Below, one piece after another: positions 20,901 to 30,600 of a DNA stretch of 64,000 bases. The notes under the pieces were generated by a model. The model was not told the DNA's origin, did not search any database, and worked only from the letters and a program-made list of their open reading frames with translations. A program made the translations under genes and the position numbers. The stretch is taken from assembly GCA_963835575.1 (NCBI GenBank), contig CAWIGG010000005.1, forward strand, positions 384,001-448,000. Reading direction: 5' to 3'. The stretch comes from an uncultured Spirochaetota bacterium. GTDB taxonomy: Bacteria; Spirochaetota; Brevinematia; Brevinematales; JAOACQ01. Each line of letters begins with the position of its first letter. Position 1 is the stretch's first letter.

Positions 20901-22862
20901 TTAAAATAAAGGATCCAGAACTCCTGAAATAATATAATTTTCTCTTTCTTTTTTTATTTTAAATATAACATATGAATAAGGTTTCCCGGCTATCAATTTA
21001 TAAGCCTGGATATACAGCTCATTATTCGTCTGATTCTGAGTATCATACAAAAATTGAATATTCGTATCAATTGCGGCGCTTCTTTCCCTGTCTGCCGGAA
21101 TAGTTTCAAAATCCCCGGATGCCTCATTTGTTTTATCAATTTTGACATTTTTACTATTTATTTTCTGATAATTATAAAAACTGTTTACGGCGTTAATGAT
21201 CATTTCACCGTTATTATTCGTTACAAATAAAATCCGGTTATCAGACAATTTTTCTTCAAGCATATCCATTTTTGATTTTGCTTCAATAGATAAAATATAA
21301 TATTCAACAATAATATTTGTATTGGAATTTTTAACTAATTCTATCGAATTGGTAAAAACACGATCCGGGTAACGTTCAATGAGCGATACCTTGAGCGGAA
21401 TGGGAAAATTGTTGTTTATAATAATCATTCTTTTGGCATCTATTGATATGCCTTTTTTAATTTTATTTGTCACAAAAACATTGATATAAGAAAGCTCAAT
21501 ATTATAGAGCTTATTATCCTTCCAGAGGGACAGAGCATCGCCGTTAATCAAATTGGTCATTTCACTGTCCGTTAAATCAGAAGCAGTCTGTATTAACTCA
21601 TCCAGCCCGACCTCAGTATAGGAATATTTCTGGATAAGCATATTGACATAATTATAAAATTCATCTTTATTCTCGCCGAATGCCGAATGAAGCACATTAA
21701 CGCCGTAGATGTAGTTGAATAATCTCAAATTTGTTTGATTGGCCAGCTGAAGATTAATCAAATCAATCCTGTTTCTTTGAATGAATTTATTATATATCGC
21801 CGGATTATAATAAGCTATGGTCGTCAGGCCCATATACTCGGCAAAAGACTCCGATTCAATATAATCTTTTTCCTCAAATTTTAAAAATGGAGGCACATAA
21901 GCATGGGAAAGCTCGTGCGCCAGTACCTCAAACAGCTTTGCATAGCTCTGCCTCGGGATATAAGGGATCGCAGAATTTTCAAGTTGCTCATCATCCAGAA
22001 GGCCGTCGGATGTCAATTCGGGAGATATCTGCACGATATTGGCCATCTTTTCGCCGTCTATGAATTCCTCGGTGTCCTTATACTGAAACAGCTCATTAAC
22101 CACATATGTCTGGGAATAAGGGTATTTCCACAATCTGTTTGATAAAAAATCAATCGTTTTGGATGTATCATCGAAAATCAGGCCGATATTATTCGTTTCA
22201 GTAGTATAAACGCTTATATTATCTTTCTTGATCCTTTCAAACAAGCCGATGAAAATGTCCCCGGTATGCAGGATATCATCAGTCTCGCTTTCCCATAATG
22301 TGGTTTTTTTATTGTTCTTTACGGACTCTTCCTGCTCTTTCCCGCCCATTACCGTATAATAATTATCCGGAGTTATTATCTTGATTGAATAAAGAAAGGC
22401 CGGCAAATCGGCAAAAGGGACCGGCAGCCATATTTTTTTAGCGTCCATAAAAACCGTATCCGCAGTCAGGAGAAAACGGTCTTCCTCCACAGGCCCGCTG
22501 ATATGGAACTTGATTTCAATTTTCGCCGACGCTCCGCTTAAAAGAGAAGCGACCCGGATCCTGTATATACCGCTTCCATAACCTATTCCCTGTTCAAAAC
22601 GGATTGTATCCCCGTTATAGCGGATGTTGTCGATTATAACCTGGGAATGGGATATGAAAAATATTTCCTGAAGGGTTTTATTCTGTTTATTTTTAATTGT
22701 ATAAATCAAATCCCCGGACATGGAAACATTATCCGGATCAAAACTGACATCGCCTTCCAGGAACTGGACAGAAACGGTTTTTCTGAGCATGAACTCGTCG
22801 CATGAGACAAAAATAAGACAAAAGCTTAGCGATAAACAGTAAAGAATTTTCCTGAGAAACAT
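20901..22862 (-). CDS. M1 aminopeptidase-like lipoprotein
   Basis: Lipobox FVSC; AHELSH followed by ESFAEY (gluzincin spacing). Confidence 0.7.
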   Translation of the reverse strand: MFLRKILYCLSLSFCLIFVSCDEFMLRKTVSVQFLEGDVSFDPDNVSMSGDLIYTIKNKQNKTLQEIFFISHSQVIIDNIRYNGDTIRFEQGIGYGSGIYRIRVASLLSGASAKIEIKFHISGPVEEDRFLLTADTVFMDAKKIWLPVPFADLPAFLYSIKIITPDNYYTVMGGKEQEESVKNNKKTTLWESETDDILHTGDIFIGLFERIKKDNISVYTTETNNIGLIFDDTSKTIDFLSNRLWKYPYSQTYVVNELFQYKDTEEFIDGEKMANIVQISPELTSDGLLDDEQLENSAIPYIPRQSYAKLFEVLAHELSHAYVPPFLKFEEKDYIESESFAEYMGLTTIAYYNPAIYNKFIQRNRIDLINLQLANQTNLRLFNYIYGVNVLHSAFGENKDEFYNYVNMLIQKYSYTEVGLDELIQTASDLTDSEMTNLINGDALSLWKDNKLYNIELSYINVFVTNKIKKGISIDAKRMIIINNNFPIPLKVSLIERYPDRVFTNSIELVKNSNTNIIVEYYILSIEAKSKMDMLEEKLSDNRILFVTNNNGEMIINAVNSFYNYQKINSKNVKIDKTNEASGDFETIPADRERSAAIDTNIQFLYDTQNQTNNELYIQAYKLIAGKPYSYVIFKIKKERENYIISGVLDPLF

Positions 22863-22887
22863 GACGTATTAACTCCCAGAGTATAAA

Positions 22888-23265
22888 CTACTTTAAACCA
22901 AACAATCTTTTTATGAAATTCCAGATCCTTATGAAAATATTCGGGGAAAGGAGTTTTTTCTTTTTCGCAAGCCCGTCGTTCAGTTCTTCTATGGTAAAAT
23001 CCTTTCTGACCATATTTTCATGCATTTCCATTTCCAGAAAATCCAGCCCGCTTTCCGGGATAATGACGCGCACCTCAATGTCCCTCCAGCCCAATTCCCG
23101 CGCGGCGCATAATCTTCTAAAACCGCTGATCAGATCATTCTGGGGAGTGATCACTATGGGATTGATCAGACCGTATTTTTCAAGGCTGGATTTTAAATTT
23201 GACAAGTCCCCGATTTCTTTTCTAACCCTTTTGCCGATTATAATATCATTAATGGCAATCTTCAT
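22888..23265 (-). CDS. ParB/Srx N-terminal domain protein
   Basis: GLINPIVI, LISGFRRL..ARELGW, ENMVRKDF. Confidence 0.85.
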   Translation of the reverse strand: MKIAINDIIIGKRVRKEIGDLSNLKSSLEKYGLINPIVITPQNDLISGFRRLCAARELGWRDIEVRVIIPESGLDFLEMEMHENMVRKDFTIEELNDGLAKKKKLLSPNIFIRIWNFIKRLFGLK

Positions 23266-23429
23266 AACGAACTCCGTTAAGAATAAAATAACTTAATATA
23301 GTATAATGAGTTAATGCAATAGTGTCAATTTGTTTAAAAGTATTATTTGTTCCATTGATTTTTATCCGGATGTGTTTTAAAGTAATGATCTCATCCCTAT
23401 GATAAACCATGGAAAGGATTTTTATAACT

Positions 23430-24251
23430 ATGATATACAATCCGTTTTCAGTCCAATTTTTAAAAGAAGCCCTTCATCAAAATAAATTATGGCTTTCACA
23501 GGAAAGAGGACAGAATTATCTCATCGACAGGAATAATGCCGTAAAAATAGTCTCATGCATTCCCCCTGCTTCAACAGTACTGGAAGTCGGAAGCGGTATG
23601 GGCGCTCTGACCTGTCTTATGATAGAAAGTCACAAGGTTTTTTCCATCGAGATCGATAAGGGAATTTTTGAATTCCTCAATTCTGAGCTGAAAAGCCCGA
23701 ACTTAATTCTCTTTAATGAGGATTTCCTGAAATTCGACCTGTCAAAGCTCAAAGAGAAAGATCTTTTTTTCGTATCCAATGTTCCCTATTCCATAGCGGG
23801 CGAAGTGATAAAAAAATTCATCGACAGCCCGGAGTTCAATGCCGGCATCATGATGCTTCAGGAAGAGCTTGTCGGGAGAATACTGGCCCGGCCGTCCTCC
23901 TCTCAGTTCGGCCCTTTTTCCATTCTCTGCCGGTATTATCTTGATATTGAAAAACTCTTCCCTGTCAGCAGGAATAGTTTTTTCCCGGCTCCTTCCGTCG
24001 ACTCCGCCGTTATTCAAATGAAAAAGAAAAAGACTTCCATTCCCCAGGACGCATTCAACCTTTTCCTGAGAAAGGCTTTCCTCGCGAAAAGGAAAACCAT
24101 CTATAACAATTTAAAAGATTCAGGCTTTTCGAAAGAAGCGCTCATTAAAACCGGCGTTGACCCTGCGGTCAGGCCGCAGGATATAACAATCGAGCTTTGG
24201 GAGAAGCTCTATTTGGAATTTGAGAAACTGCAGAAAGCCTTTCAGACATGA
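23430..24251 (+). CDS. rsmA: 16S rRNA adenine dimethyltransferase
   Basis: GQNYLID, LEVGSGMGALT, IEID, SNVPYSI, FFPAPSVDSAVI, KRKTI. Confidence 0.92.
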   Translation: MIYNPFSVQFLKEALHQNKLWLSQERGQNYLIDRNNAVKIVSCIPPASTVLEVGSGMGALTCLMIESHKVFSIEIDKGIFEFLNSELKSPNLILFNEDFLKFDLSKLKEKDLFFVSNVPYSIAGEVIKKFIDSPEFNAGIMMLQEELVGRILARPSSSQFGPFSILCRYYLDIEKLFPVSRNSFFPAPSVDSAVIQMKKKKTSIPQDAFNLFLRKAFLAKRKTIYNNLKDSGFSKEALIKTGVDPAVRPQDITIELWEKLYLEFEKLQKAFQT

Positions 24252-24260
24252 GGGTTTTTT

Positions 24261-24601
24261 CCGGCAGCAACTGCCGGGGGTTTTTACCGGCTGACAGCCA
24301 GGGGGATTGCTACCTTTCTGTCTTTTCGAAAAGACAGAAAGGTAGCACCAAAGAAAGAAAACAGGTCGAGGCCATTTTCATACTAAGCAGTCGGATAATA
24401 CCGAGGAGTGCTATCCGGCTTTTAATAAACTGTTCCTCATTGAAATAGCCTCCTCATGTCGCCGTCCGATGGCTTTATTCGTCGGTTTTGACATCCGTGT
24501 CAAAAGCATGTGCCTCTCTTCTATTATTATAGCAGCGGATGACACGTCAATAAATCGAGATATTTGATGTGCTGATTATGGCCAGGAGGAAAATGGCCTC
24601 G
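24261..24601. repeat. Multi-hairpin intergenic element
   Basis: 40-bp perfect palindrome at 24308-24347; 13-bp IR at 24367-24379/24589-24601; TTTTGACA-TCCG-TGTCAAAA at 24486-24505. Confidence 0.6.
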
Positions 24602-24679
24602 GGTTCGGATGGTTTTTTGAGCGGCTTTTTTGATTAATATTTTTTTCATTTATGATAAACCATTCTTTTTTATCCGGTA

Positions 24680-24701
24680 TAACAGACATTCCTGTCTGTT
24701 A
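24680..24701. repeat. REP hairpin of the RAYT-associated ACAGRCATTCCTGYCTGT family
   Basis: TAACAGACA-TTCC-TGTCTGTTA. Confidence 0.8.
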
Positions 24702-24848
24702 ATCTGTTCAAAATTCCTACGCCGTAGATTCTTACCTATCTAATGACTAAAATTAAAGAATTATTTGTTATAAGACTTTGGCTTAATCATTTGAAAAGAT
24801 ATATAATTAATGAATTAAACAACCCTGAATTTTTCAAAGGATTGAAAA

Positions 24849-27800
24849 ATGGAAATGAAGGAAAAGCTGAAATCGTTAAAAATACTTACGGATAATTTCA
24901 AAGCCAACATTAAACAATATAAAAGTCTTTCCTATGACGAAGCCAATACACGGGTGGATTTTATCGATAAATTCTTCGAGATTCTGGACTGGGATGTCAG
25001 AAACGAGCAGGGTTATTCCGAGGATTACAGGGATGTGGTGCGTGAAGACAGGGTCGTCATCGCCGGAAAACCGAAGGCGCCGGATTACAGCTTCCGCATC
25101 GGCGGCGGCCGCAAGTTTTTCGTGGAAGCCAAAAAACCCAGCGTCAACGTTAAAGAGGAAATCGATCCGGCCTATCAAATCCGCCGTTACGGTTATACCG
25201 CGAAAGTTCCCCTGTCAATCCTGACTGACTTTGAGGAATTCGCCGTTTATGACACCCGCATTAAGCCCCACAAAAACGATAAGGCAAGCGTCAGCCGGGT
25301 CTTCTACTGCATTTACGACGAATATGAAAAGCAGTTCGATTTTATTTACAATACTTTTTCTAAAAACGCCATACTCAAGGGGAGCTTCGACAGGTATATC
25401 GGGGAAAGCAAAATCAAAAAAGGCACTTCGGAAGTGGACAGGGAATTCCTCAAGCTTATCTCGGACTGGCGCGAGGAGCTGGCGAAAAACATTGCGCTCC
25501 GGAATTCCGACCTCGATATTTACCAGATCAATTACGCCGTCCAGAAAATCATCGACAGGGTCATATTTCTTCGGATCGCCGAGGACAGGGGCACGGAAAA
25601 GTACGGCAGTATCCGGGAAATGACCGGGCAGAGGAACGCCTACGCTTCCCTGAACTCATTATTTGTCAGGGCAAACGACAAGTACGACAGCGACCTCTTC
25701 AAAATCGAGCCGTTTCTAGTTAGCCTCTCCATAGACAACGATCTTTTGATTGATATTGCTTCACAAATGTACTACCCGGACTGTCCTTATGAGTTTTCCG
25801 TGCTTCCCATCGAGGCGCTGGGAAATATCTATGAGCAGTTCCTCGGCAAGATCATCCGGCTTACCGCCGGACATCAGGCCAAAGTGGAAGAAAAGCCGGA
25901 AGTCAGGAAAGCCGGCGGCGTTTACTACACCCCTCAATACATTGTGAATTATATCGTTGAAAATACCGTGGGCGCCCTATTAAAAGGTGAAACATGCAAC
26001 CCCGGTGCCACAGGCATTCCTGCCTGTGGCAATAATCCCGCGTTAAAAATAAAAAAGAGAAACCTGCCTCACTGGACAATCGATGACGCGACATATTTTA
26101 TCACTTTTAACAGCATTGACAGAAAACCATTATCATCAGAAGATCAGAAAATAGCAATGGATCATATTAAAGAGGGAAATAATAAATTTTATGATTTATT
26201 ATGCGTTGTAATAATGCCGGATCATGTTCATCTCATATTCAAACCCCTGGAAAAGTACAACCTGCCGGATATTATGAAAGGGATAAAGGGCGTATCAGCG
26301 CATAAGATTAACGTGAAAAACGGCGGCACAGGTTCGATCTGGCAGGACGAGTCTTATGACAGGATTATCAGAAATGAAAAAGAACTGATTGAAAAGATAC
26401 ATTATATGTATGATAACCCGAAAAAAGAAGGTTTAACAGAAGAAACTTACGATTATTCCGGCTGGTATTTTAATGAGGAATATTTTGGAAGCCCTGCAGA
26501 TCAGTCTGTTGATAAAGTCACAGACAGGAATGTCTGTAATACCGCTGGTAAAACCAGTAAAAGAAGTGGTACAGACAACCGTGCCACAGACATTCCTGTC
26601 TGTGGTTCACCAATGACCCCCGCTGAAATCTCCAAACTTAAAATCCTCGACCCCGCTTGCGGTTCCGGCTCGTTCCTGATCGGGGCTTATACATACCTCC
26701 TCAATTACCATAAAAAATACTACACCGATGAAAAGAGGATCGGCAAGGCCCTCAAGGAAGGGAAAATCTACCAGATCGACGAAAAGCATTACCATCTCTC
26801 TATAAAGGAAAAGCAGAAGATACTTCTGAACAATATCTACGGCGTGGACATCGACCCTCAGGCCGTGGAAGTGACCAAGCTTTCGCTCTATCTCAAGCTG
26901 ATGGAAAACGAGGCGTCCGAAACGGAAGAATTCCTCGGCGGGCATGAATGGAAAAGCGGAAGGGACAAACTCCTGCCCGGCCTCTCAGACAATATCAAAT
27001 GCGGCAACAGCCTCATCGCCAGCGATTTTTATGATGACTCAGGCTCCCTGTTCGATAAAGAGACGATCCGGTCGATCAATGCATTTGATTGGGAAAAGGA
27101 GTTCCCGGAAGTATTTAAAACTTCAACGGAAAAAGGTCCACGCAATATCAATGGTGCCACAGGCATTCCTGCCTGTGGTCAGGATCATCCCGGCGAGGGT
27201 AATAAAAAGTCCACAGACAAGAATGTCTGTGACACCAATGTCTGTGGCACCGTATCTAATACCGGCGGGTTTGATGTGGTGATCGGGAACCCGCCGTATA
27301 CCTACTTAATTTCTTTAGAGGAACAAAAATATTATTCTGAGAAATACAAACATCAGGATTATCAAAAAGACCTTTATTTATTATTTTTGGAAAGATACAG
27401 CAAATTATTAAAAATAAATGGGGTTTTAGGTATCATTATATCTAATACCTGGCTTCAATCGTTGACATATCAAAAAATTAGAATCTATATGACATCTTTT
27501 TACAAATGGAAAAAGATTTTACATATACCTGAAAAGGTCTTTAATGCCGTAGTTGATACTCATATTTTAATATTTGAAAGAAAAGATATTTTAGAAACGG
27601 ATGATTATAATTTTGATATTGAAATTTTAAGAAATAATAGTATTGTTCCTTCTCATACACTGTCAATTAAAGATATACCTCGAAACGGTGATTCAATCAA
27701 CATTGTGGCTGATAAATCAAAGAGAGTTATTTATAAAAAAATCATAGGAAAATCAAAACTTTTAAAAGAATTATATACTGTCTATAACGGAGTGAAACCT

Positions 27801-28472
27801 TTTGAAAAAGGTAAAGGAAATCCGCCTCAAATGGAAAAGACAATGAAAGAAAAACCATTTGTTAAAGAAGGTAAACGTCCCGGAAAGGAATGGAAACCTT
27901 TATTAAGGGGCAGTTTGATAAACCGTTATATAAATCTTTGGAATAAAGATTACTGGATTCTTTATGGTGAATGGTTGGCTGCGCCAAGGAATCCTAAAAT
28001 ATTTGATGCAGAATTAAAACTGCTTGTTAGGCAGACTGGAGATTCAATAATATCTACAATAGTACAAGAAGGTTATATCGCAAGAGATAATTTACATATT
28101 ATTTTATCGAGTAATAACAATAATTTATTATACCTATTAGGAATATTAAATTCTAAGCTAATGGATTTTGCTTATACTATTTTAAATCCAGAAAAAGGTG
28201 AAGCCTTAGCTCAAGTAAAGAAAGAACATGTTGAATATTTACCTATTAAAACAATAGATTTCTCAAAACATCTAGAAAAAGAAAAGCATGATAAAATGGT
28301 TTCACTCGTCAACAAAATGCTAACTACTCAAAATGAAATCAACAACACCAAAAACGAGCAGGATAAGGCGCTTTTACAGAAGCAGGCCGACCTTCTGGAC
28401 AGGCAGATCGACCGGCTGGTGTATGAGCTGTATGGGTTGACGGAGGAGGAGATCAAGGTGGTAGAGGGATGA
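24849..28472 (+). CDS. Type IIG-like restriction-modification enzyme (nuclease, N6-adenine MTase, TRD) with in-frame RAYT and REP insertions
   Basis: PDY..VEAKK, LTDFEEF, GNIYEQFL, GVYYTP, DPACGSGSFL, IYGVDID, GFDVVIGNPPY, C-terminal QIDRLVYELYGLT. Confidence 0.92.
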   Translation: MEMKEKLKSLKILTDNFKANIKQYKSLSYDEANTRVDFIDKFFEILDWDVRNEQGYSEDYRDVVREDRVVIAGKPKAPDYSFRIGGGRKFFVEAKKPSVNVKEEIDPAYQIRRYGYTAKVPLSILTDFEEFAVYDTRIKPHKNDKASVSRVFYCIYDEYEKQFDFIYNTFSKNAILKGSFDRYIGESKIKKGTSEVDREFLKLISDWREELAKNIALRNSDLDIYQINYAVQKIIDRVIFLRIAEDRGTEKYGSIREMTGQRNAYASLNSLFVRANDKYDSDLFKIEPFLVSLSIDNDLLIDIASQMYYPDCPYEFSVLPIEALGNIYEQFLGKIIRLTAGHQAKVEEKPEVRKAGGVYYTPQYIVNYIVENTVGALLKGETCNPGATGIPACGNNPALKIKKRNLPHWTIDDATYFITFNSIDRKPLSSEDQKIAMDHIKEGNNKFYDLLCVVIMPDHVHLIFKPLEKYNLPDIMKGIKGVSAHKINVKNGGTGSIWQDESYDRIIRNEKELIEKIHYMYDNPKKEGLTEETYDYSGWYFNEEYFGSPADQSVDKVTDRNVCNTAGKTSKRSGTDNRATDIPVCGSPMTPAEISKLKILDPACGSGSFLIGAYTYLLNYHKKYYTDEKRIGKALKEGKIYQIDEKHYHLSIKEKQKILLNNIYGVDIDPQAVEVTKLSLYLKLMENEASETEEFLGGHEWKSGRDKLLPGLSDNIKCGNSLIASDFYDDSGSLFDKETIRSINAFDWEKEFPEVFKTSTEKGPRNINGATGIPACGQDHPGEGNKKSTDKNVCDTNVCGTVSNTGGFDVVIGNPPYTYLISLEEQKYYSEKYKHQDYQKDLYLLFLERYSKLLKINGVLGIIISNTWLQSLTYQKIRIYMTSFYKWKKILHIPEKVFNAVVDTHILIFERKDILETDDYNFDIEILRNNSIVPSHTLSIKDIPRNGDSINIVADKSKRVIYKKIIGKSKLLKELYTVYNGVKPFEKGKGNPPQMEKTMKEKPFVKEGKRPGKEWKPLLRGSLINRYINLWNKDYWILYGEWLAAPRNPKIFDAELKLLVRQTGDSIISTIVQEGYIARDNLHIILSSNNNNLLYLLGILNSKLMDFAYTILNPEKGEALAQVKKEHVEYLPIKTIDFSKHLEKEKHDKMVSLVNKMLTTQNEINNTKNEQDKALLQKQADLLDRQIDRLVYELYGLTEEEIKVVEG
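25989..26612 (+). mobile_element. In-frame RAYT (Y1/HUH transposase) plus REP module inside the RM gene; transposase domain ~26052-26480
   Basis: RNLPHW..YFITF, MPDHVHL (HUH), K..SA..IN, WQDESYDRIIR, YMYDNP; REP hairpins at 26006-26031, 26520-26537 and 26584-26605. Confidence 0.85.
27153..27252. repeat. In-frame inverted REP doublet (REPIN-like) inside the MTase domain
   Basis: GGTGCCACAGGCATTCCTGCCTGTGG ... CACAGACAAGAATGTCTGTGACACC plus a half copy; translated as GATGIPACG..TDKNVCDTNVCG. Confidence 0.85.
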
Positions 28473-28518
28473 CGGCGTTGAACTTTTTTAGGCAAAATTT
28501 GCATAGAAAGGAAGTTTT

Positions 28519-28959
28519 ATGAGTTTGACTTACTCGCTTGATAATTCTGATGACTTGTTTGAAAAACTAAAATATGATTACAGTAACTTGAATAATGAAT
28601 TAAATGCTTATACTTTTTTCAATTTTATTATAACAGCATATCATTTGAAGCAGTGGATTGAAGAAGATGAATTAAAATCTGAAACTCGACAGCAAAAAAT
28701 AAAAGAATTTAAAAAATCCTCTTATTATAATATTTGCCGGGACATAACAAATGCAAGTAAGCATTTTAAATTAAATTATATCCCAAAAACACAAGATGCA
28801 AACTTGATGAGTGGATGTGGTGTTGGACGGTGCGGTCATGGCGCTTGCGGAATAGGCGAATGTTCAATAGAAATCATTATGATTGATGGAAGGAAATTTG
28901 ATGCTTTGGAAGTTGCTAATAAAGTTATGAAAATATATTCGGATATATTTGAAAAATAA
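28519..28959 (+). CDS. Hypothetical protein, possible HEPN-like fold
   Basis: RBS; AT-rich; FFNFIITAYHLKQW and CRDITNASKH (R..N..KH). Confidence 0.55.
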   Translation: MSLTYSLDNSDDLFEKLKYDYSNLNNELNAYTFFNFIITAYHLKQWIEEDELKSETRQQKIKEFKKSSYYNICRDITNASKHFKLNYIPKTQDANLMSGCGVGRCGHGACGIGECSIEIIMIDGRKFDALEVANKVMKIYSDIFEK

Positions 28960-28978
28960 AGTGATATTATTCCCCAAA

Positions 28979-29318
28979 CATCCGCGCGAAGCCGTCTCAT
29001 CCGCGTCATCCGTGTGGAATTGGGGTCTATAAACCAGCTTTAGTAAAAACAAAAAGGAATTATCAAACAACAGCTTTTCTATTACCGGCGCAGCCCTTAC
29101 TGCTTAACCACCGAACCCTTCCGTGCCATTCCGTGCCATTCTGTGGCCATCCCCTCTCCGTTCACCTTCCCGTCTTCCTACCTTCCTGTAAACCCTTAGC
29201 GTTCCTTCGCGTGGCTTCGCGGATTACCCCATTAGACCCCTTCCTGCCTTGTAAATTCCCAAATTCGCGTTCATTCGCGTGGCCCTTCGATACGCCCTTC
29301 GGGCTACTCAGGGCAAGC
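28979..29318. repeat. Stack 1 of co-oriented repeat half-sites
   Basis: Units TTCCGTGCCA x3, CTTCCYR..CTTCCTGT, TTCGCGT..GCGGATT, ATTCGCGT x2, CCTTCGATACG..CTCAGGGC. Confidence 0.75.
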
Positions 29319-29457
29319 CTTGCCGCAAGCATAGGCTTCGTTTCTTCTATTGCATTTACCCTTATGGAAAAGTATAGGAAAGTCGGAAATTGAAGACTTT
29401 TGATTAATTTCCAGTTATTGATCCCGGCGGACGGCGAACTGCCGTCTATGATCCGGC

Positions 29458-30384
29458 TTACTTCTCCGACAGGAACTTGATCATATCCCTAACGGACAAA
29501 TCGGGGGCCTCCTCCATCGAGACATGGCCGAGGTTGGTGTATATGACAAGTCTCGAGCCGGCGATATCCTGATGGAACCGGTAGGCGTTCTCCACCGGGA
29601 TGACCTTGTCCTTCATTCCCCACATGATCAGCGTCGGCGTGCGGATAGTTTTGATCAGACCCGAGCTGTCCGGTTCGGAGATCCGCATCCTTTTGCCGAT
29701 CTCGTCCCTGTTTCCTTCCCTCATGATAAGCTCATAATAACGGTCTTCGGTCTCCGGCGTCAGCTTGGACCTGTCCGCATAAGCGAGCTCGATATTCTTG
29801 ACCACCATCTTTTTGGTCGTCAAAAATTTTACCAGCTTGCCGAAAAAAGGGATTTTAGCCGATTTGAGCGCCGGCAATGTTGTCGCAGACGGGTAGCCGC
29901 CCGCGTCTTCCAGGACAAGTTTCGAGACCTTGCCGGGATGGGCGACGGTATATTCCCATGCCACCCTTCCGCCCATGGAATTACCGCAGAGAGCAAAATT
30001 GGAGATTTTCAAATACTCTGTCAGCTGGTCCACGGCCCGTACCGAGCTCTCTGTTGTCGGAGGATGGCCTTTCCATGGCCCTGTCAGGCCGAAGCCGGGC
30101 AGATCGAGCCTGATGACGCGGTAGCGGTTTGTCAGGTTCCGCACCCATCCGTCCCATGTCTGGAGCGAGGATGAAAAGCCATGCAGCAGAATGACAGGGT
30201 ATCCCGAGCCCTCGTCCCTGTAGTGAAAGGCTGTGCCCTCAAGCACGACGAATTTCGAGTCCTCGTTGGCGTATTTGGCCATAAGCCGGCTGACAGGAAT
30301 ATCCGGGTTTCCGAAATTAACCGTTAAGACCGCACCGGCAAGCAGGACAACGATGACAATCAGGACTACGGTTGAACGTTTCAT
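29458..30384 (-). CDS. Alpha/beta hydrolase with N-terminal membrane anchor
   Basis: LHGFSSS, DLPGFG, GNSMGG, WGMKD, GHVSMEE. Confidence 0.92.
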   Translation of the reverse strand: MKRSTVVLIVIVVLLAGAVLTVNFGNPDIPVSRLMAKYANEDSKFVVLEGTAFHYRDEGSGYPVILLHGFSSSLQTWDGWVRNLTNRYRVIRLDLPGFGLTGPWKGHPPTTESSVRAVDQLTEYLKISNFALCGNSMGGRVAWEYTVAHPGKVSKLVLEDAGGYPSATTLPALKSAKIPFFGKLVKFLTTKKMVVKNIELAYADRSKLTPETEDRYYELIMREGNRDEIGKRMRISEPDSSGLIKTIRTPTLIMWGMKDKVIPVENAYRFHQDIAGSRLVIYTNLGHVSMEEAPDLSVRDMIKFLSEK

Positions 30385-30600
30385 AAGTCCTCCTTAATAG
30401 GGAAAATTATAATTCTCGCATCCAAAAATCGCAAAAAATGGGGCCAGTGTCGGTACTGGCTAAGCCAGTACCTCCCAACGGAAAATCGTCCCGCCGGCCT
30501 TCGACACATAGGCTGAAGGCTTAGAGTTAATAATCCTCGAAAATCCGCGGGACTTGTGCCGAGTGCCTTGCCTGCTGACGCAGGAAGGCAGGTAGTCGAG

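Noticed and set aside
22888..23265. Plasmid or prophage partition system
   Set aside because: A lone ParB-N domain among housekeeping genes, with no parA, parS array or replication genes.
25989..26612. Intein in the RM gene
   Set aside because: No N-terminal Cys/Ser splice block or C-terminal His-Asn; the content is an HUH transposase with REPs.
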